A stretch of DNA of 63,987 nt, the filler included, from Octopus bimaculoides (taxonomy: Eukaryota), in the NCBI RefSeq assembly GCF_001194135.2. It is 6 parts of 6 records of this genome, joined end to end, with 100 filler letters (N's around TTAATTAATTAA, not from the genome) between each part and the next. Parts side by side here need not be neighbours in the genome. Positions count along the whole stretch, not along the records: positions 21,867 to 42,013 come from NC_068990.1; 5 more parts are not named here. One strand, 5' to 3'. A program made the position numbers and the translations under genes. Below are positions 24,209 to 37,021 of this stretch, piece by piece; positions within the stretch are counted from its first letter, which is position 1, and every line of letters begins with the position of its first letter. The notes beneath the pieces are model-generated. The model made no database searches. It was given only the letters and a program-made list of their open reading frames with translations, and was not told the DNA's origin.

Positions 24209-25170
24209 AGACACGGTTCGAAAACCACCGGACCGACCTGCCCGAGATGCGGTCAGAGCGACGAAACCGTTCAGCACGCACTCGTGCAGTGTCCAGATAT
24301 TTCAGAGCTGTGGACCTTCGTCGAACGGCTGTTGTCGCGTGTGGGACGAGCCCACTTATCAGCCGAGTCTATCGTGAATATTGTTCCGCCACCTTCCTTT
24401 AAACGGGAAGGAAAAACGGTTTTTGTAACACTGATAGCTATGGCAAAAGAATGCGTGTGGNNNNNNNNNNNNNNNNNNNNNNNNNNNNNNNNNNNNNNNN
24501 NNNNNNNNNNNNNNNNNNNNNNNNNNNNNNNNNNNNNNNNNNNNNNNNNNNNNNNNNNNNNNNNNNNNNNNNNNNNNNNNNNNNNNNNNNNNNNNNNNNN
24601 NNNNNNNNNNNNNNNNNNNNNNNNNNNNNNNNNNNNNNNNNNNNNNNNNNNNNNNNNNNNNNNNNNNNNNNNNNNNNNNNNNNNNNNNNNNNNNNNNNNN
24701 NNNNNNNNNNNNNNNNNNNNNNNNNNNNNNNNNNNNNNNNNNNNNNNNNNNNNNNNNNNNNNNNNNNNNNNNNNNNNNNNNNNNNNNNNNNNNNNNNNNN
24801 NNNNNNNNNNNNNNNNNNNNNNNNNNNNNNNNNNNNNNNNNNNNNNNNNNNNNNNNNNNNNNNNNNNNNNNNNNNNNNNNNNNNNNNNNNNNNNNNNNNN
24901 NNNNNNNNNNNNNNNNNNNNNNNNNNNNNNNNNNNNNNNNNNNNNNNNNNNNNNNNNNNNNNNNNNNNNNNNNNNNNNNNNNNNNNNNNNNNNNNNNNNN
25001 NNNNNNNNNNNNNNNNNNNNNNNNNNNNNNNNNNNNNNNNNNNNNNNNNNNNNNNNNNNNNNNNNNNNNNNNNNNNNNNNNNNNNNNNNNNNNNNNNNNN
25101 NNNNNNNNNNNNNNNNNNNNNNNNNNNNNNNNNNNNNNNNGTATTTAGCCCTGTGTGGCTACAATAAAAA
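24209..25170 (+). mobile_element. 5'-truncated L1/Tx1-clade LINE 3' fragment (ORF2 zinc knuckle)
   Basis: Open, GC-richer frame at 24209-24460: TCPRCGQSDETVQHALVQCPDISELW...AMAKECVW (C-x2-C-x7-H-x4-C, zf-RVT-like). It runs into a 680-N gap; the post-gap sequence ends AATAAAAA at 25170 (assumed 3' end). Flanked on both sides by (ATCT)n. Confidence 0.72.
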
Positions 25171-25222
25171 GATATCTGTCTATTTATTTTTCTATCTATC
25201 TATCTTTCTATCTATCTATCTT

Positions 25223-25265
<43 letters not shown>

Positions 25266-28014
25266 CTCTCTCTATCTATCTATCTATCTACCTGTCTGTC
25301 TTTCTATCTGTCTGTCTATCTATCTGTGTATCTATACGTCTATCTGTCTGTCTATCTGTCTGTCTATATTTGTATTTAGCTAGTTATACATATATACATT
25401 TGTACGTATGTATGTATGTTTGTATGTATGTATGTATGTATGTATGTATGTGTGCATGTATGTTTGTTTGCCTGTATGTATGTGCGTTTATATGTGTATA
25501 TATGTATATCAATGTGCATCTGTGTTTTTGTGGTTTCCCTCACCGCTACTTGGGGTACGGTGAGGGACAAATCCCAAAATATAATTACATATTATTCAGT
25601 TTTCCCTCGTGGTGTTATTCTCGTCAATAACTTTGAACGTGTGTGGTGTGGAATGTGTATGTGTGTGTGTTTATGTGAGAGTATGTGTGTATGTGTGTGT
25701 GTGTGTATAGGATGACGTAAAGTTAGACAGAATGTCTACGACTTTAATTATTGAAAGAACATTTCATATTTCAGACACTAATGGTGCAAAGATTTATCTC
25801 AGACTAATCTCTTGAAGCACAGTGTGTGATTGGGAAACCATTTTGCCGTTTGCACTCTATTAGCGCTCGAAGCTATGAAACATTATCGATTCTACGCTGT
25901 GAACATCTTATAGGTAAGCTATCTATTAGAGTGGGTCGGAACGAAACGATGGTTATCTTAATTGATCATATTGTATACATACATACATACATACATACAT
26001 ACAAACATATGTATGTGTGTGTATATATANNNNNNNNNNNNNNNNNNNNNNNNNNNNNNNNNNNNNNNNNNNNNNNNNNNNNNTATATATACAAGTATGT
26101 ATATCTATATGAATGTATTGTGTACGTGATGTGTACGTAGTGTGTAATGTGTAATAGATTGAACATATGTACATAAAAATAATGAATTGTTCACGATAAT
26201 ATTAAAAGGTGCTCTTGTTTTAATGAGGAATCTTTAATTGTGCTTCATAAACGTTTAAAGATTTTGTATGCCCAACCACGCTTACACAATGGGTGTGAAT
26301 CGGTAGTTTTAAATGTATATCCTTGTACTCTCAGCTAAAAATCGTTTGACCCAATTACTTTATGTTTGACCCTGAGCTATCAAAGGTCTTCTCGTTTAGA
26401 GTGAATTTTAATCCAGTTAAGAAAGCAGAAAAGCTACAGCGACAAAAGGTGAAGTCCACACTAAAATCTCCTATAATGCCATTAGTGAAATGTTTGCAGT
26501 TGTTGTTATTGTATTTTTAACTTGAAAGAAGTGGGGTGTGGTTGAATCTTTAATCTTCGAGCGCTAACACTAATGGTATTTATCACGGTGTTTATAGTTT
26601 AAGTTCAAGTCTTGTGAAGATCAACTGTACCTATTTTGTCGTCCTGTGATCGACCAAATTAAACAGCAGTTTTCTACATGATTCGATTCTACCTATTGTT
26701 CTCCCAAATATATTCACATGAGCCTTAGTAGAAAGAAGCTATAATAAATCTAATTACCGTCCGTGAATTGGCAGTATTGAGAGACTTTCAGTATTTCCTC
26801 ACAACCGTTTAAGTCCTAAGTTCAAAACTGTTAACATTGCTCACAATCATTTCGGAGTCCTCAACATAATATTTATGAAAGAAGAGGAAAACATAAATGA
26901 ATGTCCCTGCACTAATTATGTTGTACTGAGCCACTGAATGAAATATATATTATTAACATTTTAAGTTGTGCTATTATTCTTTGTTGTATGATTCTGTGTA
27001 TATAATGATGGTAAATATTATATGACCTATAATTATAAAATCACGAAAAATTGGAAATATACTTAAAAGTAATGTATTTATGATAATTCCACTATATTTA
27101 AAGTGGTGTGTTTCAAAAACTTTTAGAATACAGGAAGTAAACATGAAATGGTTAGATTTTTCTAAATGGACAGTCAAACACTTCTACGCACACACTTACA
27201 TAGACACGCCTACACTTCATCGAATACATTTCATCAGATACAGGTATATGTATAACCGCATATGATACACTCGCAAACATTCACATACAGAATTATATAT
27301 ATGCACATTCACATATGAATACATAGGAGCATAAACAAACACGCTTTTACACATCTTGCTTTATAGCGCAGTTTATGCACAAATATGTTGTTGGTTTTAT
27401 GTTCCCTACAGCTCAATCACTTTTTCACTGCAATTCTCGCAGGGTTTCACAAGATAATACTCATTAATCACATGAAACTCTGTGAAGAATAGAGTTTATG
27501 CCATTGTTGACATTCAATGGCATTTTACGCCTTCGTACACGCAAGTACATAACTTAAATATACTAAATACATATATGTACGTATCTGTGTGTTTGTATGT
27601 GTGTGTGTGCGTGTGTGTGCATGCGCGCGGGTGTATGTGTGTATGTATATATATAAATAAATAAATATATATATATATATACTGTATATACTATGAGAAA
27701 TACTCGTCATTGACTGGGTTGAAAAAAAAAGCTACCAAAATTGTACTCTGAATATTCAAAAATTATTCATTTAGATTGTATTGAACATATATAAGAAATG
27801 GCTGTTAACTTTCATGTAGACGATAGAACCGTTTCCTTCTGGCCAATATCCTCATGGGTGCATAAAAACTTTTGATCGATGATCTCTAGTATTGCAGTCT
27901 ATAAATGAAGCAAACATCTCACAACCTTCGACTTATGTGTAGTACAAGGTTAACTAATTAAAAGTTAGGGGAAACTGAAAACATTTATACTATAATTTGT
28001 TGACCTTAAGTATT

Positions 28015-29250
28015 ACAACAAGCAAAAACTAAAATAGCAGGGAGAAAAATATTGAAAAACATAAATGCATATGTGGGAAAGCCAAAAAGTTTCCTCTGTT
28101 AGTTTTTAAGTGCCCCCCACCCACATTTGTCAAAATCGTTCCGGTGGGGTATGGTGGGGATGGCCTAAAAAATCGTGAACTTATGTGGTCTTCTTTATCC
28201 GAAACTCTGTTTTTTCGAAACTCCTCTCTCCACCTCATTGGAAAAAAAATTGTTAAAAACTCTTTATAACCGTGATCTGTGCAGTTTGAAAGGTACTTCT
28301 ATAAAGTTTCATTACAAAATACCTATTTTCCTGCAAGTTTTGAAGGAAAAAAATCGGGTCGTGTGAACTTTACGAAACTCCTCTCTGCACCCCCTCGAAA
28401 AGTTCTTTCCTATAAATCCCTATATATTCGGAATCTACAGCACCTAAGCGGGATTTGTGGAAAGTTTCGTTAAAAAGTATCCATTTTTCTTGAAGTTATG
28501 AGGCAACAATCACTGGTGGTTGGTAGACTTCTGCAGTTAAGCCTGAAAAACTTTCGTCGCTGCCATCGAAACAGAATCATTTGAATGTTCCGAACTGCTC
28601 TCTCGACTTGCGGGAAATGTTATTCACAACAAATTCCAATATAATCTGAATCTATCAACTTTATTCTGTCCAGTAAAATAGGTAATACTTATAGTAATAT
28701 AAAATAATAGAACTTATGACAGTTATATACAGGCATACACCCACACATGTTATTATATCTGTCCTTCTCGAAAGCAATGTTTGTTTGTATTTTGACCTAT
28801 GAAAAAAACTAAATAAAATTGATAATATTTCATTTTTTTCGTGTTATTTCAATTAATTTGATCATTCCGCAGATAACTGCGCATTTATTTTCTGAATACG
28901 AAATAGGACTGGACGAGTAGGTGGTTTTTTGGTTTCTATTTCTAGCAATTCGCTATACACATACGGCATATCTACACAAGAGTGCCCCACCGAATTTGTT
29001 TCTTCATAACTTTAGGGAAAATGGGTATTTTTAAATGAAATTTTCTACAATTATGTTTCTAATGGTATAAATTGCCACTATATCGGAATATGTTGTGAAA
29101 AACGTGTGTGGCCCCCGTCAAAGCAGAATCATTTAGATTTTCCGAAACTGCCCTCTCGGCTTAGGGGAAATGCTTTTCACGACAAAATCTGTAATATAAA
29201 ACAATAGGGCTTGAAATAAGAAAAAATATTTCGGACAAATAACTAACCTC
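28015..29250. mobile_element. Patchwork of degraded non-autonomous DNA-transposon or Helitron-like repeats
   Basis: AAAGTTTCGTTAAAAAGTATCC...GAAGTTATG subterminal-like block; repeated GAAACTCCTCTCT; ~90-bp diverged direct repeats at ~28570 and ~29121. Confidence 0.35.
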
Positions 29251-29810
29251 GATGAACGACTTCGGTAGTCAGGCACTTTAAATATCTTGTTGTTTTGAGG
29301 TAGCATATCCATCAATAGAAAGCATGAACCAACGAAACGGATCCTGGTGTGCATTATAGAGCAGAAGCACTCGTATTTAAATTAAGGTACTGTAATTACA
29401 TGAAGTAATATATCTCCTTACCTGTGAGCAAGCACACGGATCGAAACGAAGACATAATTCCTTGAAAATAGCAGCTGAACTCTAAATCCCTTCAAACTGC
29501 GTTAGACAGCCACGATGGGAAGTGTTGAAAACAAAATCTCCCAGGCAGAAATATCCTGACTGAATAAAGGAAAACCGAGAGGAAAGTACAACCAGAAATA
29601 TAAATCTAATTATGTACAATTGAATATGTGTAGCGCCTCATAAAGTTCTGTTGCGATTGTTGGTGTGGATAGGTGTGAATGCCTGTGAAGAATATCCATG
29701 AATAACCAACGAATAAAGAATATTATTTATGTGTTGTATGGCAAAGAAGTGAAGAAAGAAAAAACTGACGTTAACCTCAAGCTGTCTGGAACTGTCTAAG
29801 AAAAGTGTTC

Positions 29811-30265
29811 TATTTTACATCGTCCGGAGCGACTGACAGTCTGGTCTCCGACCAAAGAATTCTTCTCCTTATTTTGAACTGCAAGTGACCCGTGGAACTA
29901 AAAGTGAGGAAGTGAAATAGGAAAAGGACAGCTGACCTCATAAATTCTGATGTGGTATACGTTAAAGAAAGGAAAAATGTAGTAGTGAAATCTAAGTTAC
30001 GGTTTCTAAACTTTCTTTGCAATAAATGGACAGCCATACACACACAGACGTTGAGTTCCATTTTATATCGTCCGGAGCGACTAACTGTCTGATCCACGAC
30101 CAAAGAATTCTATCCCTTATCTAGTTTTGAACTGCAAGTGAGCCGTAGAACTATTTAAAGTGAGGAAGTGATATAGGAAAATGACAGATGACCTTATAAA
30201 TTCTGATGTGGTATACGTTATAGAAAGGAAAGATTTTGGAGTAAAATCTAAGTTACGGTTTCTAT
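29811..30265. repeat. ~200-bp direct duplication
   Basis: Copies at ~29811-30008 and ~30059-30265 share ATCGTCCGGAGCGACT, CATAAATTCTGATGTGGTATACGTTA and TCTAAGTTACGGTTTCTA. Confidence 0.92.
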
Positions 30266-30643
30266 TCTGAAGCTATGCAAACAAAAATACAAAACTGATC
30301 CTCTACGGTTATAAATATAAAACGAATTTTAAAAAAGTATAATGCTATTAATGTGCAACTTACATTTAATTATCTCCCTTATAGAGGTAATTTATTTTGG
30401 AACTGTGTTATGTACAACACGTTGGAAAAGGGCTCTTATATTTAATTACTTCCCTTAGATAGGTCATTTATTTGAGAACTGCAGTATCTGCAACATGTTG
30501 GAAAAGGGCTCGTAGTTCATTTACGAGGGCTGCAGAGATTCGGAAAATTGTATACAAAGAATTTTTTTTTTTTTATATAGATACTGTAGCCTTTCTTGCT
30601 ATAAATAGACAGACAGACAAGCAAACATACACGTTCATCTTTT

Positions 30644-30701
<58 letters not shown>

Positions 30702-30879
30702 CGTGTGTGTGTGTGTGTGTGTGCACGTATGTACAGTTTATATATANNNNNNNNNNNNNNNNNNNNNNNNNNNNNNNNNNNNNNNNNNNNNNNNNNNNNN
30801 NNNNNNNNNNNNNNNNNNNNNNNNNNNNNNNNNNNNNNNNNNNTATATATACAGATGTGTATATATATGCATACACTAC

Positions 30880-31985
30880 CCTATGGTGTAACGCCAGCGA
30901 GGTCATAATATGGTTTAAAACCAATAGCTACAATTACTCAATTCGATATAGTAGACTTTTACACATCTATATTAAGGGAGCACCGAACTTCGTTAGATCG
31001 TACACTAAAGTTAATGAGGAGGACAACCGCATTACTATGTACACCCGGCAGATGAACCCTGCGGTTCAGTAAGGCACAAGCCTGGGCCAAAAACAAAAAT
31101 GACCCTGAATGCTCCTTCGACAGGCTAATGCGTACATTCCACAGTGCTGACGTGTGTGACTCGTTGCTTTCTTCCTCCTAGATTTACTCAGAAAGAAGCT
31201 CCCTTCTACTAGCTTTGGCCTCTACAGCGATGACGTGCTAACAGTATCAAGAGAGGCAAACGACTTCACACTAGATCAGCTTAGAAAGAACCTCACCAGC
31301 ACCATGAATTCCCTTGGACAGAAGGCCACGGTAGAAATCAACCTGAAAACGTGGAAAACTGTGACCCTGAACTTGGACTCCATGTTTATAGATCCTTTGG
31401 GAAGCCAAATATGAAGGTATCATGTATTAATACAGGTTCATGTCATCCAGCCATAGTTTTCAAGAATCTGGTAAAGGGTGTCAGCTAAGGAATGTCCAAC
31501 ATGTCTTCAAGCAAAGATTTTTGATGATGTCGTACCGTACAACAGTGAGGCTGTTGGGCTCCAGCTGTTTCATAGATAAAATTAATCACACGCTATACCT
31601 TAACCCCTCCAAGAGAAAGTATTGTAGTTCACACCACCCTTCTCTTTAACTGTTCATGCCCGAGTAGGTAAAATTTTCCTTAGCTAATTGGACAAGCACT
31701 TTCACCGTACAAATAGTTTTAGCAAAGTACTTAATAGGAACGCCATGAAAATTTCCGTTAGCAGTGGACGCATTGTAAATACAATTTTAGTTGTAGGCCC
31801 ACACCTGAGACAGAGGAATGATACTCATTAAGAGTAACACAACATGTCCACTGAACGGCCACTATAACAGAGAGACCGTCGTATACGAGGCAGAGGTAAC
31901 AGCAATAGGACCAAATGGGCAACCAAACGCGCCACATGTCCTCCTTCAACACCCCGGCAAGACGTAACGCCATAACCTGTCTATG
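30880..31985 (+). pseudogene. Degraded Penelope-like element: reverse transcriptase plus start of GIY-YIG
   Basis: Frameshifted PLE motifs in the expected order: SEVIIWFK; QFDIVDFYTSI (from 30939); MRTFHSADVCD (31128); GLYSDDVL (31217); LDKHF...LNRNAMKIS; CPLNG (31845); VVYEAEVT. Many stops and frameshifts. Confidence 0.85.
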
Positions 31986-32404
31986 CTCCTGTATATGTGT
32001 TTATGTGCTATATGACTACATAAATAATATAGTCATACTTTCGAAATATATTAGCAAATTTCACCATATTTGATATCGCACTTTCAACGAGATAAGGAAA
32101 TTGCAATATAATTTATTAGAAGGTATATATCAGAGAGTGATAATAGAAAAATATGTGACATCGCTAAATGATGAATGGCAAGTGCTGAATTTCGTTTATC
32201 GGTGGCTGAAGGGTTTGGAATCAGGAAGTAAAAGGTCGTATCTAAATATTTCAAGATTGTTCTTCTGATACCTATCTATGCTATGATTCTACGTTTTAAA
32301 ATAAATTATAAAGATGAGAATCAAAGCGATCGTAAACATATCCACAAGCCCATATATTTCCAGCGACATTGTATCAGGTTTAATAGATGACCATTATTAA
32401 TGCG

Positions 32405-32552
32405 GTCTGTTGGCTGAATCTTTAGCACGCAGATAAGATGCTTAGCGGTGTTTGGTCTGGCTTAACAGTCTGAGTTCAATCCGATTGAGGTTGACTTTAC
32501 TTTTAATCCTTCCGAGGTCGATTGGAAAACTGGTGTCTATGTAATCAACTTG
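32405..32552 (+). mobile_element. SINE family B, degraded
   Basis: TTAGCACGC...ATGCTTAGCGG...GAGTTCAAT...GAGGTTGACTTT. Confidence 0.65.
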
Positions 32553-32711
32553 AAATCGATATATAACTATTATTGTTTATGAAGATCTGGAAAGGATGAA
32601 GAGTAAAGCCAACTGCAATGTGATCTCCCCCTTAATACTTTGAGCCTGTGTAATATGATTACGTTTGCTCTCTTCAAATGCAGTATATTCATGCATATTT
32701 CTTTTCGTGTA

Positions 32712-33175
32712 ATTTTTTAATTGGTTCAGTCATTTGATTGCGGCCATGTTAGAGCTTCAACTTAAAGGGGCTTTTTTTTTAGTCGAATCACTCCATGACT
32801 CATTCTTTGTAAGCCTAATACTTATTCTATCGGTCTCTTTGCTGAAGCACAAAGTTAAGGCGATGTAAATACGCCAACATCGGTTGTCAAGCGATAGTGA
32901 GGGACAACAACAGGAACAAAGATACGCACGCATAAATATATATANNNNNNNNNNNNNNNNNNNNNNNNNNNNNNNNNNNNNNNNNNNNNNNNNNNNNNNN
33001 NNNNNNNNNNNNNNNNNNNNNNNNNNNNNNNNNNNNNNNNNNNNNNNNNNNNNNNNNNNNNNNNNNNNNNNNNNNNNNNNNNNNNNNNNNNNNNNNNNNN
33101 NNNNNNNNNNNNNNNNNNNNNNNNNNNNNNNNNNNNNNNNNNNNNNNNNNNNNNNNNNNNTATATATATATATAT

Positions 33176-33247
<72 letters not shown>

Positions 33248-33372
33248 ATACACGTCAGGCTTCTTTCAGTTTTCGTCTACCAAATCCACAAAAAAAGACT
33301 TGGTCGGTCCGAGGCTATAGCTGAAGACACATGCCCAAGGTGCCAGCAAATTTCTTACCACACAACTACACC
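32712..33372 (-). mobile_element. SINE family A with expanded internal (GATA)n and a gap
   Basis: Reverse-complement head at 33255-33372 and body/tail at 32712-32930. Confidence 0.8.
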
Positions 33373-35532
33373 TGGCTGTTTCAATATGGCAAATGTAAGG
33401 GACTCACGACTAAATAGGCATCTAAATTAATTAGCTAAAGCAGCTATATTCTTTGGAAGGCATACTCGCTCTCCAGTGACGACTGGATGTAATGTACTAT
33501 ACGTTACCGATGAAAAAGAACGCAATATTTTATCTAGTAGGGTTTAGTCACAAGAGTGAGGACATTACCTATAATTCGTTTGCAGGGCATCTGAGGAGAG
33601 AGGCAAGTTATGTATAGATCGGGAAACAATGCAGAAGTGTGGATTACGTAAAGACATTAAATATTCATGTAGCGTTGTAAAACCGCATGGCGGATTAGCA
33701 CTAACATCTAATAACAATTAATGACTATTCTTTTGAGAAGCACACTATTTTATACACCCAGTGGTGATAATGACATAATACGACTTTAACATTAGATCTT
33801 TTTAACAAATTCTCTTGTATTTGTGACCATTGCGTTCCATTTAGCAAATAAGAAATCGCGATATAGAAAAGAAATCGGAGGATATAGAAAAGTCTTAGTT
33901 AACATTTACTTTTCAGATTCGATCAAATATGTTCTTAGTTGAGATATTCGAAAACACACGCAACTTTTTGTGACAAGTAGAATAGATTAGTATTGGATAA
34001 CAATGGAAACCTATTTAAAAATCAATATCACAACAAATATCAAGAGAAGTTATCTTTGAAGTTAACACGCTTAAAATGGTCCATTCGTCTATAAAGACCT
34101 GGCCTTTGTTTATATCTTTTATCTCATACTATACGCCATATTTTTTCCAGCTACTAAACTTCCGATTTGCAATAAACATGTCTTTTTGGTAAAGACGCTC
34201 TTTTCAATGGTTCAAAAAGATTTGGTGACTTTAAAAGCACTGGTGCGTGCTGGTGTCCGAGTGTTTGTCTGTGAATATATGCGTATATATGATTGTGTGT
34301 GTGTGCGTACGAGCGTGTGCATGCGTGCGTACGTGCGTGGTTATGTGCGTGTGGGTTTCCTATCGCTCCTCTTTCTATGCTGGTCTGGTCGCTTTCACCT
34401 GTTTTTCTTGTCTACTGGGTTGCTATTAAATTAATTAATTGATAGTTTGATGTTTCTTTTGTAAGAGATCTAACGTTGTGATATAGCTGTGTCATTTGAA
34501 CGGGTGATATTTGGTATACATACATATACATATATNNNNNNNNNNGGGTGGTTGTGTATGTGTGTGTGTGTATTTATATTATATTTAAATATGTACGTGA
34601 ATGCACGGCTGTATGTAATTTATGTAGTCACAAATACAAAAGGCGTGCAAGCACAAACACATTCACACTCAGTTGTAGATTGCACATATATGTACACATC
34701 AGCAATGGCTAAAATCAATCTCTATATGTACCGCGATGCATAAATTTTGGGAGATTAAAGTAAAGTATTTTATAGATCGGAATAAAGTATGAAGCGAAGC
34801 CATTTGATATCAGATATTTAGAATTTTCTAACTCATTGAGATACCATAATCTCAAGTGGTGTTGCTTAAAATGCACTGTGATTCCATCAAGCGCAAATAC
34901 ATCAAACAATATTCGTAACTTTTCTTCAGTTTGGGAGAATGGCCTAGAAAATTAATGGTTGAGAACGTTAAGTAAATTTCGTGAGTATAATACGGAGCTT
35001 TCATATTTCTGTGTTTCAATTCCTCAGTGTTCGGCATTGACTTCTTTCACTTTTTTTTTTTTTTCATCAGTAGGGAAATATGAACATTTTTGTTGTGCAA
35101 AATTCGCAATTTATTTTCAATGGCCAAGCGATAAAATTTTAGTTATATGTATCCTAACTGGTCTGGATCATAACATCTGTAGCTAGTTCAATAACAAATT
35201 AAATAGATCAGCTATACATCAAAGATGTTGTATGGAATCTAATCATTCCCTACTATCATAGATGTTAGATTACGATAGCTAGGTTATCACCGTTAATTGG
35301 AAACTGATTTATAACTTGTCATTTGTAGATATTACAACCTGTTCTGTAAACAATGCTATTTGCTAATTTCATTTTCTCAAATGGCACATATATTTAGTGA
35401 TTCTATCATCGTAGCCTTGGCAAGTGTTAGGTGTTTATTTATGAAGACATAATGCGACTGAAATATTTCAGGGACGGCTACAGATTCAGGGAAATGTTAA
35501 AAATAATAATTAATTAATAATGATTTGAAATT

Positions 35533-35718
35533 TTGACGCAAAACCAGCTTGTGATTGGGTAAGTTGATTGCATCGAAACTAGGACCCGATCGGTACGTAA
35601 TTTATCGACCCCAAAAGAGGATGGATGGCAAAATCGACATCAACGGAATTTGAACTCAGACGCAAGGAATGCCGCAAAACATTTTAGCCAGCGTGCTAAC
35701 GAGTCTGCCAGTATGCCG
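35533..35718 (-). mobile_element. SINE family B, degraded
   Basis: ATTTATCGACCCC...GGAATTTGAACTCAG...CGTGCTAACG. Confidence 0.75.
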
Positions 35719-35947
35719 CTTCGTCGTTTGATATCATTAATTATTACTTTTTGTTGATTAATTCCGAGTTAGGTTTATGATATTCTTTTCTACTCTAGGT
35801 AAAAGGTCGAAATTTTGGGGGAGGGGGTTAGTCGATTAGATAGACCCTCTCACAAATCTTTCATGGTAAACAAGATCAAGCAATCTGAGAAGCAAAACAA
35901 CAACAACAACAACAACAATAATAAAATTATTAATAATCCTATTTACT

Positions 35948-36146
35948 AAAAGCACACGGCTTGAAATTTTGGAGGAGAAGACTAGTCGATTACATCAACT
36001 CCAGTGTTTCACAGGTGCTTAATTTATCGACCCTAAAAGGATGAAAGGCAAAGTCGACCTCGGAGGAACATGAACTTAAAGCGTTGAGGTGGACGATATG
36101 CTGCTAAGCCTTTTGCCCGGCGTGCTAACGATTCCGACAGCTCACC
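35948..36146 (-). mobile_element. SINE family B
   Basis: AATTTATCGACCCTAAAAGGATGAAAGGCAAAGTCGACCTCGG...GCCCGGCGTGCTAACG. Confidence 0.8.
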
Positions 36147-36151
36147 TTGAT

Positions 36152-36185
36152 GTTATTACTATTATTATTATTACTATTATTATTA

Positions 36186-36228
<43 letters not shown>

Positions 36229-36231
36229 CAT

Positions 36232-36323
<92 letters not shown>
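36152..36323. repeat. Compound microsatellite (ATT)n-(ACT)n-(AAT)n
   Basis: Directly visible consecutive triplet arrays. Confidence 0.95.
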
Positions 36324-36325
<2 letters not shown>

Positions 36326-36959
36326 CGAATACTAATGCTGAATTGTGCTGTAAATAAAAGAGAATGCGATCTATTTGCCTGCAGTAAACAATAAGTGGAC
36401 ATTATCATTCATTATTATTTCATGATGTTGCTTGTAAAGTATTTTCATATATTATGAACAAAGGCAGAAACAAAACGATTTGGAAGAAGATAGCGTTTGT
36501 TTTGACAATTTTTTAAAAACTTCTCTATTCATTTACTGCACAGATACAAAGAATGAATGTGTTGTTTTGCTTACCGTATTAGTCTGAACTGGAATTCTTA
36601 AATAGTAGGTGCATTGTACGTGTTTAAGAATACATGTGTTGTAACAAAGGCTTAACAATGTGTACATTGCACTGCATCTGCTAATGAAATTTATTACAAT
36701 ACCGACACCCCGTACAGATGAAAGCAATTTTGACTCCAATGTTTGAAAAAAGAAAAAAACACGTAAGAGGAACAAAACAAGTTAAAATATGTAGAAATAA
36801 AGCGAAATAGTTTTAGAGAATATATAATTAATGACAACCAGTCCACACATGAAAACAAATGAATAAGTAAGTTGTTTTTTAAATACACTCTTACAATATG
36901 CATGTTTTCTTCATTTATTTGAACTCCCATTTGTAAATGAAAATATATTTATACACAGC

Positions 36960-37021
<62 letters not shown>

